Assembly: GCF_009914755.1 (NCBI RefSeq)
Contig: NC_060948.1
Strand: one strand, 5' to 3'
From: the human T2T-CHM13v2.0 reference genome, Homo sapiens
DNA length: 64,000 nt
Made by a program: the position numbers and the translations under genes. The notes beneath the pieces were generated by a model. It saw only the letters and a list, made by a program, of their open reading frames with translations. It made no database searches and was not told where the DNA came from. Below, piece after piece: positions 1 through 15,029 of this stretch (positions within the stretch are counted from its first letter, which is position 1; each line of letters begins with the position of its first letter).

Positions 1-228
1 CTGAGACAGGGCCTCACTTGAGGCCAGGAATTCCAGAGGAGGCTGGCAAATAGAGTGAGATGCTGTCTCTAGAAAAAATAAATAAAATTTAAAAATTAGC
101 TGCTTGTTTTGCAGTGTGCCTACAGCCCTAGCTACTTGGGAGGCTGAGGTGAAAGAATTGTTTGAACCAGGGAGTTTGATGTTGCTGTAACTTATGATCT
201 TGTCACTTCACCCCAGCCTGTCCAGAGG
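1..228 (+). mobile_element. Old, diverged Alu (AluJ-like), 5' end outside the window
   Basis: Alu motifs 'cacttgaggccaggaattccagag', central A-rich linker, 'cctagctacttgggaggctgagg' and 'cactt caccccagcctg'. Confidence 0.8.
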
Positions 229-229
229 A

Positions 230-3200
230 TTATCTAATCATACTGTGGACTATTGCCAAATCTGCAGCAGTGAAACTCTGGACACATTCTGTGTCTGGTA
301 AAGTCACACTTTGGAACCAAGAAGAATTTCCAGCCTTACTTCCCTTGACAGAGCCTATCGCTAAGACAGTCACAACATAGATCCAGGATAGAATTCCAAC
401 AATAAATCCCTGAGCAAAAACTATAGCTGAAACTGCCATACCATGGATCCTCGATGAAATGCCACCAACAAATCCCTGGAAAAAATACAGCCTGAATATT
501 TAGCAGTAAATACCTGGCACTATCTGAATTTAACCCAGTCTCATTGTGGATCTTGGCTTATTTGTCAGTAGGAAACTACTCTACACAGTTCCATACTGAA
601 ACAATAACACTGTGAACCCACGTTGAGTCTCCAGCAATACTTTCCTGGAAACAGTTGGGAACTGATATAATCACATTAGGGACCCATGCTGAATCACTAG
701 TGATGAATTCATGGATATATTCTTCTATATGTGATACGGTCACAACACCTATCCAGGCTGAATCAGTTATTAAATCACTGGACATACTCTGAAACTGATA
801 TACTCACAACATGGATTCTGGCTGAAACTCTAGGATTAAGTCCCTGGGCACGTGATATGTTCCTACCATGGACCCAGGCTGAAAGTCCAGCAGTATCTTG
901 GATTCAACCATGGATTCTGGGTAGAATGCCAGCAATGAATCCCTGGAGAGAGGCTACAGCTGACATTGTCCTACCCTGGAACCAGGCTGAATTTATGTAG
1001 AAGGAAATGCCTGGACACCGTCTGAAACTTATACAATCACAAAGAGGATCCTGAGTGATTCTCCAGCACTAAATTCATGGACATGGGCAATAGCTGATGC
1101 AGACCAGCTGTGGACCAAACCTGAATTTCCAGCAGTAAATCCCTGGACAAAGTCTGTAGTTGATAGTACTATACCATGGATACAGGATGAGTCTCCAGCA
1201 ATAAATCCATGGACACAGTACGTATCTTATATGATCAAACCATGAGCCCAAAATGACTCTTCAGCAGTAAATCTCTGTACACTACCTGAATCTGATACCA
1301 TTATCCTGTGGACACAAGCTGAGTCTCCAACAGTAAATCCGTTCACAGAGGCTGGAACTTCCACAGTCACACCATGGGCCCAGGCTGTATCTCCAGCAGT
1401 AATTCCACGGACACAGCCTATACTTTCCACAGTCGTACCTTGGACCCAGGTTGAATGTCCATCAGTAAATACCTGGAGAACGTCCATAGCTGATGCCATC
1501 ACACTGTGGATAGGGGCTGAATTAACCGCAGGATATCAATGGATACTGCCTTGGGCTGCTACTGTCACACTGTGGTCACAGTCTGAATCTCCAGCAGGAA
1601 ATCTTTGGACACAGTCTGTGTATGACACAGACACACCATGGCCTCAGGCTGAATCTCCAGCAGTAGTTTGCTGGACAGAACATGTAGCTGATACACACCG
1701 TGGACTCAGTTTGAATTTTTAACAGTAAAGCCTTGGATCCAATCTGTATCTGATACGCTCATACCATGGACCCAGGCTGAGTCTTCAGCACTAAAGCATT
1801 TGACACAGGCAATAGCTTATACAATCAAGCTGTGGAACCAAGTCAAATCACCTGCCATAAATCTCTGGAAACAATATGAAACGAATATGTTCACATGGTG
1901 TACTGAGGTTGAATCTCCAAAAGTAAAGGAGGGGACACATCCTATACCTGCTACAGTTATACCACTGAACCAAGCTGAATCTGTAGGAGTAAATCCCTCC
2001 ACAAAGCTTGAAACAGAAATACTCATACTGTGGACCCAGGCTCATTCTAAAATCAACAATCTCTGTACATATACTCTACTTGATAGAGTGAAACCATTGG
2101 CTAAGGATGTTTGTGTAGCAGTAAACCCATGGAGACAGTCTAAAACTGAAATAGTCACATCATGGGCCCAGGATCTGTTGCCAGCAATAAATCCCTTAAC
2201 AGTGGCTGTACCTGGTATAGTCACACTGCAGTACATGGCTGTATCTCTAGTAATAATTCCCAGGAGAGAGGCTCTAGCTGATACAGTCATAATATGGACA
2301 CAGACAAAATCACCAGCAATCAGTTTCTGGTTGTAACCTCTGCCTGGCACAGTCAAACTATGGACCCAAGCAAAATATACACCCGTTATCACTTGGAACC
2401 AGGCTGAATTTCCAGCTAGAAATCCCATGATACAATCTTAGCCTCCAATTGTAAAGATCTGAACAGAGTCTGAATCTCTAGCCCCAAGTCCTCTGTTATA
2501 GGTGGAGACTGATACAGTCATACCATGGACCCAGACTGAATCTTTGGCAGTAAATCCCTGGACAAAGCCTGTTGCTGATACACTCACACTGTGTACACAG
2601 CCTGTAACTCCATCATTAATCGTTTTTTCACAAACTTTTCATGATACACTGAAAGCATGGGCTCAAACTGAATGCTTACCAGTAAATACCTGGACAGAGG
2701 CTGTAGCTTCCAAAATTATACCCTGGACCCAGGCTGAATTTCCAGCAGTAAATCCTTAGACAGAGCCTTTTGCTCATACGGTAACAATTTTGGCACAGGC
2801 TGTATCTTCAACAGTAAAGATCTGGCCACAGCCTTCATTTAATACAACCAACTTATGTATTTAATACAACCAATCTGAATCTGCAGCATTAATTACATGG
2901 ATACAGCCTGCATCTGATACATACATAGGATTGATCCAATCTGAATCTTCACCAGTGAATTCCTGGAGACTGCCTATATCTAATATATTATCATTGTGGA
3001 CCAAGCCTGTATCTCTAGCAGTCAATCTGTGAATAGAGGCAATAGCTTCCATAGTCATACCTTGGACCAAAGCTTTACTTTTAGAAACAAAACCCTGGAC
3101 ACATCCTGTATCTGATATACTTATGCTGTGGACCCAGGTTGAATCTTCTGCAGCGATTACCTCCACACAGGCAGTATCTGACACAATTATACTGTGGCTG

Positions 3201-3545
3201 CATGCTGCAGGCCTCCAGTAGGAATTACCTGGATACAGACTGATCTGATCTTCTTATATCTTCTTATATCATGAAACAATGATGAATCTCAACAGAAAAT
3301 TCAGGGGCATGGGCTGTAGTTTCCACCGTGTTACCATGCAACCAGTTATCCCTTCAGCAGGAAAAACCTGGACATCTACCTGTGTCAGAATCAATCACCC
3401 CGCAGACCCAGTCTGAGTCTCCAGTAATGAACACATGGACAGAGGCTGCAGCTTCCACACTCTCAAAGTGGACTCATGATGATTTTCCAGATGCAAATGC
3501 TTATACACAGAGCGAAATGGGCACATACTGGACAATGGGTAAAAC
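230..3545 (+). repeat. Degenerate 66-bp (2 x 33-bp) coding tandem repeat, consensus peptide about WTQAESPAVNPWTEAVADTVTP
   Basis: Recurrent 'ccatggacccaggctgaatctccagcagtaaatccctggaca'; caggctg at 1381 and caggttg at 1447 are 66 nt apart; ORF fragments 1800-2336 and 2502-2759 show W about every 11 residues. Confidence 0.92.
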
Positions 3546-3556
3546 TGAAGCTAAGA

Positions 3557-6150
<2,594 letters not shown>

Positions 6151-7214
6151 CCCTATAAAGCTGTTATAATTGATCATTTTCTCCTCCTGAAATTGAGCCG
6201 AACAGAGAAACACTATTAACGAGTCATTTTGGCTGCTTGTCCAAACGTGTACCCTTTTTGCCAGTAAAAACTGTTTATTCCCCAGATCGGTATTTTATAG
6301 CTTTGTCAACTGAGATAACTGCCACACAAAGCCAATATAAAATCAATTCTATCCAACCAAGCCAGTTTACAAGCATTTGGCTTCCTGGAAGAGTTGTTTA
6401 CCAGCTCTATGGCAGGAAATTAAAAATTATCAAGACAAAAGAAAGCCCTCATGTCCCAAGTACCTCTCTTATCTCTCTTTATGCTTTTTCTTTATTCATT
6501 CTTGTTCTCTTCCATCTGTATGTACACTGACCCCTTCTTGTTCAGTCTTTTCTTCTTGTACTTTCCTTTCATTCTGTATTTTCCCATCTTGCTCAGGTAT
6601 TTCTCCTCTGGTCTCCTCTCCTATTCTGCTATCCATAGGCTCTTTTGCTAATCCTCCTCAGAATATATTTCCCTCAGCATTTACTAAAGAGTCAATTCTT
6701 TCTCATTCTTTTTCATCCTTGCATACTGCTCCAGCCGCATTTTTAACAAAACAACCTCTCCTGATGCCTGGATCTCAGTCTGGACCCAAGCCTGAACAAC
6801 AACCTCTTAGGTATTCAGAACTCAGTGTTTCCCTGGGTGAGTGTCAACTAGCTGTGATTTGGAAAGAAAGTTTCCAGGCTTTCTGGCTCTTCAGGACAGC
6901 TGTTATTTCCCATGAAACCACAGGCAGCTTTAGTCGAGTCAGATATTTGAGTTAATGTACTTGGTATGAAGACTCCTGTTGAACCCTAAAACCAGAGTTT
7001 GTAGCAACAGAGGTTATGTTCTCAGACCGTTGCAAAACCAAAATTTAGGTTATTGTGTGAATCAGCAGAGATGTGTAAATATTGAGAGAATATTTTTTTT
7101 TTTTTTTTGCCAAACAGGATGTTTGAGCTATGTGTTATGAACACAATTCTATTCAGACAGCAGTATTTTAAAGATAGCCTTACTCCTTAGAAAGGTTTTA
7201 TTATTTTCACTTGA

Positions 7215-7400
7215 GGTATATACATATATACACACACTATTGGATAATAGTATAACATCTTGGATACTAGTATCAGATATAAATAATAATATACTACATA
7301 TATAAACTATATATACATATATTTATATATAGCATCTATATAGTATATATGTGTATATATATAGTATATATGTAATAGTGTGTGTGTATATATATATACG
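7215..7400. repeat. (TA)n/(TG)n low-complexity tract
   Basis: Imperfect TATATA/TGTGTA runs seen directly. Confidence 0.8.
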
Positions 7401-7603
7401 CTTTATTGTTAGAAGGGGAAGTATGAAGATAACCTCTGTACTATATCTAAAATTGTGGGATGAATAATGTATATTTCTATGTATTTTCTCAGAATTGAAG
7501 ATAATGAATTTCCAAGCATTTTTCTAAAAGTCTAAATTTAGATGTTAGAAAAGGAAGGGTAGTAACACTAATCACTCTATACCATGTGTGGGTTCCTCTG
7601 CAG

Positions 7604-7924
7604 AGTGTGGATTATGCCCTGGCATTATCCCTGTCTGTCCCAACTGCTGGGAGGCAGAAATTGGTGAATTCTGTTGGGTGATTTCTGCACAAATGTTTTT
7701 CTCCCATTTTTGTGCTGGCTCCATACTACATGAACAGTGGATCATTAGCACAGCTAGATGTGTCAATTTTATGTAAGTCTGAGCAATTCATTTCAAGATT
7801 ATGATATCATTATAAAGCAAGTAAAACATTGAGACTGTTACTGAATATGTTTCTTTTCTATTTATTTATTTATTTTTGTTTGTGTGTGTGAGACAGAGAT
7901 AGGGAAAGAGAGAGAGATAGAGAC

Positions 7925-7969
<45 letters not shown>

Positions 7970-9301
7970 GAGAGAGAGAGACTCTCCCTCTATTGTCCAG
8001 GCTAAAATGCAGTGGTGTGACTCACATTAGCCTCAAACTCCCAATATTAAGGGATGCTCCCACCTCAGCCATCTGAGTACCTGGGACCGCAGGCACACGC
8101 TACTGCATCTGGATAATTTTGTTGTTGTTGTTCTTGCTGTTGGTAAGGAAAAATTCTCATCATGTTGACCAATTGGTCTCAAATGATCCTTGAAAATAGT
8201 TTCTAAAGTACTATTTGCAACTGAGTGCTTACCTGGACTTCATGTGATTCACGTGAACTCCAGGGTTTTTTCACACTGAAATGTGGAAATAATAAGATTT
8301 TTTCCTTGATTTTTTTTTCCCCCAAAAAAATGCAGAAGCCCTGGCTGTGGTCCGAGTGGGGCTTATTGACCTCCAGGATCCTGCCCAAGCTGAGATTGTA
8401 ACCTTTGAGCATGCCATGCCCTATTTAGGTCCCAAGGGACCTCTAGGACCTGGGTTGATCTTCCTGAAGCAACCACTACATTTTCAACCCAGGTTCCTTC
8501 CTATACGCCTGGAGCAATGTCTGGAACAAGAGAAAATATACAACTATATGACTGTTGGCTATGTAGTTGGTCCCTTATGAGGGGGTGACTAAAGAAGAAG
8601 ACACTGGAATGAAAGAGAAGCATGTTTAGGAAGAGAATAGTATCCTCTCATGAATAATAAAAGATTTGTCTTTCCCTTCACCATACTTCTCCCTCTAATG
8701 TGGGCTAAAATTTGAAGACAAACACAAACACCTCTTCTCTGTTTTCTATCAGAAAGTCCTGGAATTGTGCAAAAACGGCACCTGAGCATCCTACAAGTCA
8801 GCACTTGTGCCCAATTTTGGCTCAAGCTGAATGAACTCACTTTCTGGGTGGAGGCCAAGAAAGCCATGTGGATGGCTGACTATCAGGTGACAAATTCATG
8901 GGGTATAAATATCAGGGAGAAAGAGGAATATCTTGAAAACCAAAAGTTACTTCTGGCCCTCCTTTAAAATATTGTTTGATATCTTGCCTCTTGTTTCTTG
9001 CAAGGTGACTTGGGAGCACCTTTCGTATGCCATCTACAGCAAGAGGACACTTGGGTGCAAGTGGGAATCTTGAGTCACTTTGAGGACCATTGCACAAAGC
9101 CCTAGGTCTTCAGCCAAGTGCACCCTTTCCTTTTCTGACTCCAGGGAGTGACACAGTCTAGCTATGCTCCCTGGTACAAGCAAGGGCCCATGACTACCTC
9201 TGCTTCTATGTCCCATTCAGTCTCTACCTCTACAAATGCTTCAGCTTTTACCTCCACCCCTGCTTCTCTTTGGCCACACTTCTCTCTGCCACAGCCTCAG
9301 A
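7604..9301 (+). pseudogene. PRSSLY: Exons 2-5: first trypsin-like domain (catalytically degenerate) and Ser/Thr-rich linker
   Basis: ECGLCPG...WEAEIGEFCWVISAQMFFSHFCAGSILHEQWIISTARC (7604-7772, cag/gtaagt); VVRVGLIDLQD...LIFLKQPLHFQPRFLPIRL; QKRHLSILQVSTCAQFW; GDLGAPFVCHLQQEDTWVQVGILS with in-frame TAG and TGA. Confidence 0.85.
7855..8190 (-). mobile_element. Old Alu (AluJ-like) with a (GA)n microsatellite near its tail
   Basis: 'ctctattgtccaggctaaaatgcagtggtgtga...cccacctcagcc'; (GA)n at ~7905-7980. Confidence 0.75.
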
Positions 9302-11959
9302 GTAAGGCTCAAAAACTTGGTAGAGGTAATAAAGGAAGAAGAGAATGGAATTAGAAAAGAAGAGAGGGAAGCAGAGAGGAAAGAAAGCTCTTCCTGTAAA
9401 ATATATGAGTTTTTTATCTACCAAATCACAGAAATTATTTTTATCGTGGTTTACAAAGGTATTTCACACTTGATCTATGATTCAATTTCCATTGTATCCC
9501 TGTATGATATAGATTACTGTATAATATAGGTCATGAAACATGATTACTATAGTTATGTTAATTGCTTACTCTTATACTAGATAAGTAGAATGGATTGTTC
9601 AAGTTCTTATGGCAAAAGATGAATAGGACTAACATTAAGACACACTCTCCTAACACAAAGTCATTTCTACCACACAGTATCTTACATGTGTAATAGAATT
9701 ATTTTGAATTGAATATATTTTAAGTTAAAGACATTATGATGTTTGGAAACAGCATAGCAGTTGGTAAGTAATGTGTTTTAGGTGCTGGTGTACTAGACTG
9801 TATTACATTGTGATTATCAGTTTCCTCCTTCCCTTGGCTATCAGAAAACCTATCACAATATTAGCAATGGCTATTTCACATTACTGTACTTCCACTTATT
9901 TCCTTAGAAACTGAGGGATCTCTTTTGGTGTCATGTACTAAATGTGCACTTAACCACAGCTATATTATAGCTAACACCTATTGTCATAGCTACAGTGAAT
10001 AACACATTAAAACACAAAGGAGGCCACAATTATTTGCTCACATTCTGCAAAGTCTGATTCAAAGACAACTACACTTAAGATCATAGTTATGCTTCTAATT
10101 TCATCTATATTTCCTCACCTCTTCTAGAGAGAGCCTATCTTCATCGTTTTTATATCTGTAATATGTGCATTAACTGGCATTGCTTCAACTCAGTTTTCTG
10201 AGAAACTCTCAAATGTTTTTTAAAATATGAGCTATTTCCTTAACCCCAAACTTGAATGTTCTATTTAAACTGTCATTCTGATATCACACTAAGATTGTAA
10301 GTTCAGGAAGATAAGCTCCCTCCAATTTAGAGACAGGAGCCTTATCTCCAAATTTTTCCTTGTTTATCTAATATCTCCAAATCAAATAATTTTTTGTTGC
10401 CCATCTACTTTGATAACTTTTAAGTAGCTAAAATCATAGCTATGTAAAGGTTGCAATGGGGAGAAAGCTGGAATGACTCCCAGTACTTTGACTGAAGAAA
10501 TTTAAGTTAGGACATAAAGAAACTGTGAACTTAGAAAAATAGTAAAAGGAAAACTTTTTTTTTTTTTCAGAAAAATGTAAAAACAAAAACAAAGGAAAAA
10601 CAGAAAAGAGGTAGAAGTTTGTGTTTGCTAGTCATATTTAACAATGCTGACCTGGTTAGCAGAAATAGGAGGGATCTAAATTTTTTTTTAAATGGTCTAC
10701 ATGTGGCAATTCTATTCAAATTAATTGTGTGAATTTTCCCCTTGGCTTTGGCAGATCAGATTTATCTGCGATATGCCATGCCTTGGAAGGCTGTCATCAT
10801 CATCTGTGGGAGTCAGATCTGCAGTGGTTCCATAGTTGGCAGCTCTTGGATTCTCACAGCTGCCCACTGTGTCAGGAACATGTAAGTTTGTGCCTGCCTC
10901 TTCCCATGTCCTATAATTCATTATCCCATAATTACATTGCTGGAAGTTTATCTGTCCAAATTCACTTCTATAATGCATGACCATCTCACTTATACAATAA
11001 CTTTTTTGTTTTAGGCTAAAAAGAAATTGCCTCACTGTGTTTGGCTTATTAGTACCTCTGTTAGTTATCTCCTCTGCAACCCCATTGTCTGTGGACTCTT
11101 TATTCATAGATTTCTGATTTCAATGAAGATGAGCTAGGAACCTTGTGTATCATGACAAAAGCGATATTCCGGAAAGCCTGATGTAGGTTTAAGGTTCAGG
11201 TTTTCTAATGATTGTACTGTAATAAATCTTTGCCTATGCACTCAGGGATCCTGAAGACACTGCTGTGATACTGGGCCTGAGGCACCCTGAGGCACCACTG
11301 AGAGTTGTGAAGGTGTCTACCATTCTACTGCATGACAGATTCTGGTTGGTGACTGAGGCAGCAAGAAATATTCTGGAATTGCTACTCCTCCACGATGTCC
11401 AGACTCCCATTTGGCTCTTATCACTCTTGGGCTATCTGAGGAACCTGAATAGTTCAGAATGCTGGCTCTCTAGGCCACATATTGTTACACCAGGTCAGTG
11501 GTTATTTTTCTTATTAGCGTAGTTGTTCTAAAAAAATGAGGTTCATATTTTTAATATTATGATTCAAGGCATAAGTGTAATCACATTTGTATACATTATT
11601 AATTATAAGATATTTAATCCACATCAGAGACCCACTAGGAGATTTGTTTTTGTTTTATAAGATGATGGTTCTGATGATGACTTCACAGGATTTTAGATCT
11701 AACAAAAATTATATGAGGAACTTTCTCTGTACAGTCCAGATTTGTAAAGCAAGGTAGAGATGACTTCCTTCCCAACTCTTTTCTCACTTCGGTACAAAGG
11801 AAAAAGAAGGGTTTTGTATTGTTTTGTTTCATTTTTACTTCTTTATGAAAATGTAGCTTAACTTGACTTGGAATTTTGAATTTCAAAGGTAAAAATTGAC
11901 TTGTTAATTTTGCAGAGTAGAATTTAAAATGTTATTAAAAAGTGACAAGTCTGTCTTCA

Positions 11960-12250
11960 TTGACTCACCCCGGTAATTCCAGCAATGTGGGAGCTTAAAC
12001 TAAGAGGACACTTTGAGTCCAGGAATTTGATACCAGCTTCAGCAATATAGCAGGACTTCATCACTAAACACGTAAACAAAAACAAAGCCTGGTTGATGTT
12101 GCACACAGGTAGTCCCAGCTATGTGGGAGGCTGAGGCAGGACGATGGCTTGAGCCCAGAGGTCGAGGCTGCAGTAAGTGAAGATTGTGCCAATGCACTCC
12201 AGCCTGGGTGACCAAAGAAGAACTTGTCTCAAACAAACAAACAAACAAAA
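11960..12250 (+). mobile_element. Old Alu (AluJ-like) with (AAAC)n tail
   Basis: 'cttgagcccagaggtcgaggctgcagtaagtgaagattgtgccaatgcactccagcctgggtgac'. Confidence 0.85.
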
Positions 12251-12253
12251 AAA

Positions 12254-12647
<394 letters not shown>

Positions 12648-14313
12648 TTAAAGTAATGACGAGACAGAAGTGATGAGACAAATCGTAGTCTTATCTTAAT
12701 ACTTAGGGTTTAAATTTAACATATATTCTTAAGGATATAGTCCATTTGTCTTTCTAGGAGGGACCAATGACAATCCAGAAATGTTAGGCGCAAGTGATGA
12801 AAGCTTCCAGCTGTGCCCACCTGTACCCTGACATAGGCAGTTCCATTGTTTGCTTCATTACTCAGGACAAAAACTCTGATGAAATTGTGGTACATCATCA
12901 ATTTTTTTCTTACTACATGATAGAAACTATAACTTTGTTCCTATACAAAGGGGTGTATACTGCATATGCCTAAATGATAAATATAAGTGAATTATTGATC
13001 AGTAGGAAACCATTTTAAAATTCTTTAATTACAGAACAAAGTCTCTAAAAAAAATCTGTTTTTAATCTCTGAGTTTTCTTACATACGATTTCAATCTCTA
13101 GCCATACTGTATAGCTATTATGCTGCTGTACACACAAATCAGACATTCTATATTATTCTCTTATTCTAATAATAGTATCTTTACACCTCAGAGTTTAAAA
13201 CGAGTCTCACCTTTTTCTATTTCCCCAATTAAAATAACTTTTTAACATTTAATCTTCAGTGATTTTTTGTAGTAATATTTTTGAAGGTATTTGATCAGGA
13301 TGATTTATTATGCACTTATCTGATGTCTCCTTTTCTTCTGAATACATGTTTTAATATCTACTTATTAAATCTATGATTAATAATTTGGAATAGGGATTTA
13401 AATCCAAATTCTATGTTGGAATTTACAGGAGTCAGTGAGCCTACGAAAAGCATTTATGTGCAGACCAGTATCTGACAATGGCAGTTGGAGACAAATAGGC
13501 TTCACCAGTCTCAAAGCCCTAGCTACTACAGTGAGTCCACATTTTTCCTGGATATTATCTACTTCAGCAAAAGAAGGTCACTCAATAAACCAGGCCCTTG
13601 TGCCTTGGGTAGAAACTCCGAACTCCTCTAGTCTCCTTAAACAACCAACCACACTGCCACTTTCCTCAATAATAATTACGGCAGCCCAGGGACTTTGGTA
13701 GCCTAGTGACTATAACTACTGATGCCACAGTCTGGTCACAGTATGATAAAACGCCAGAGCATCAACAAGGAAAATTTTGACTTAGCCTTCCAAAATCTAT
13801 CTAAATATACCTTCAATAAATATGGCTTTTCTTCGTAATAACTGCTTTCTACTACTTCCTGAACTAATGCATGGCCTTGGATTGTTTTCATTCTTGAAAA
13901 TGATTCAAAAGTTCATATTTAACATGAACGTGAATGCAGGATTTTATTTATCAGCAAAAAAAATTTTCAAAATGATGCGAAATACAAATGTGGAATTGTA
14001 TTTGTGAATATTAGTCTTTCAAATTATATTTTTATCCCAACTAACTCACACAATGTTTTGTAACTATCTGCATATTCTCCTCAGGTGGGGGAAAAACAGT
14101 ATCAGAGTTCTTGAAGAATTTATGAAAAAGAAAATGACAATACTATACAAGGTTTAACCTATTCACAATACTGTATTTAGTGAATGAAAACATTACTTTT
14201 AAAATCCTACTTAAGTATTGAGTAAATAAATAAAGCATATTATTTCAATAACTCTAAAATACGTGTTCACGAAGACAATACAACAAGGGTTAAAATACAT
14301 AAACAAACAAATG

Positions 14314-14630
14314 AGGCTGGGCATCATGGCTTGCACCTGTAAGCCCAGCATTTTAAGAGGCCAAGGCGGGCAGATCGCTTGAGGTCAGGAGTTTGAGACC
14401 AGCATGGCAAATATGGTGAAACCTCATGTCAACTAAAAATACAAAAATCAGCTGGACATGGTGGCATGCGCCTGTAATCACACCTCCTTGGGAAGGCTGA
14501 GGCAGCGGAATCGCTTGAAGCTGGGAGGCTAAAGTTGAGGTGAGCTGAGATCATGACACTTCCCTCCTGCCTGGGTTACAGAGCCAGACTCTGTCTCAAC
14601 ACACACACACACACATACACACACACACAA
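14314..14630 (+). mobile_element. AluS with (CA)n tail
   Basis: 'ggctgggcatcatggcttgcacctgtaagcccagc...gaggtcaggagtttgagaccagc'; CA repeat at 14598-14629. Confidence 0.9.
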
Positions 14631-15029
14631 ATCTAAAAAAATGGAAAAAAAAATCTGTACTAGAAAAAGAGCTCACAGGCAAACTCACATATCTAACAGG
14701 AAAAAAATGTCCTTTAAACAAAGGTGGCACAAGAGGCAAATTTAAAAAAAACAAATGTATCAGCTTGCATATAAAGTACAAATAATATACTGAAGAGAAC
14801 CACAAGGGGAAAAAAATCAAAATTTATAAGTATGTACTCTAAAAGAAGCTGAAAGTCACTTAAAAATTTTCTGGATTCTATGTCTCTATATTGCAAAAAT
14901 GATCATAAAATTTGCAGGAGCAGAACAATCAAAATCTATCTTAAAACTCAGTAAGCACTTCAAGTCTCACATAAGAATTGTAACAGAAAATGGATGTGTC
15001 TGCAGTATTTCCACACAAATCTGAACAAA

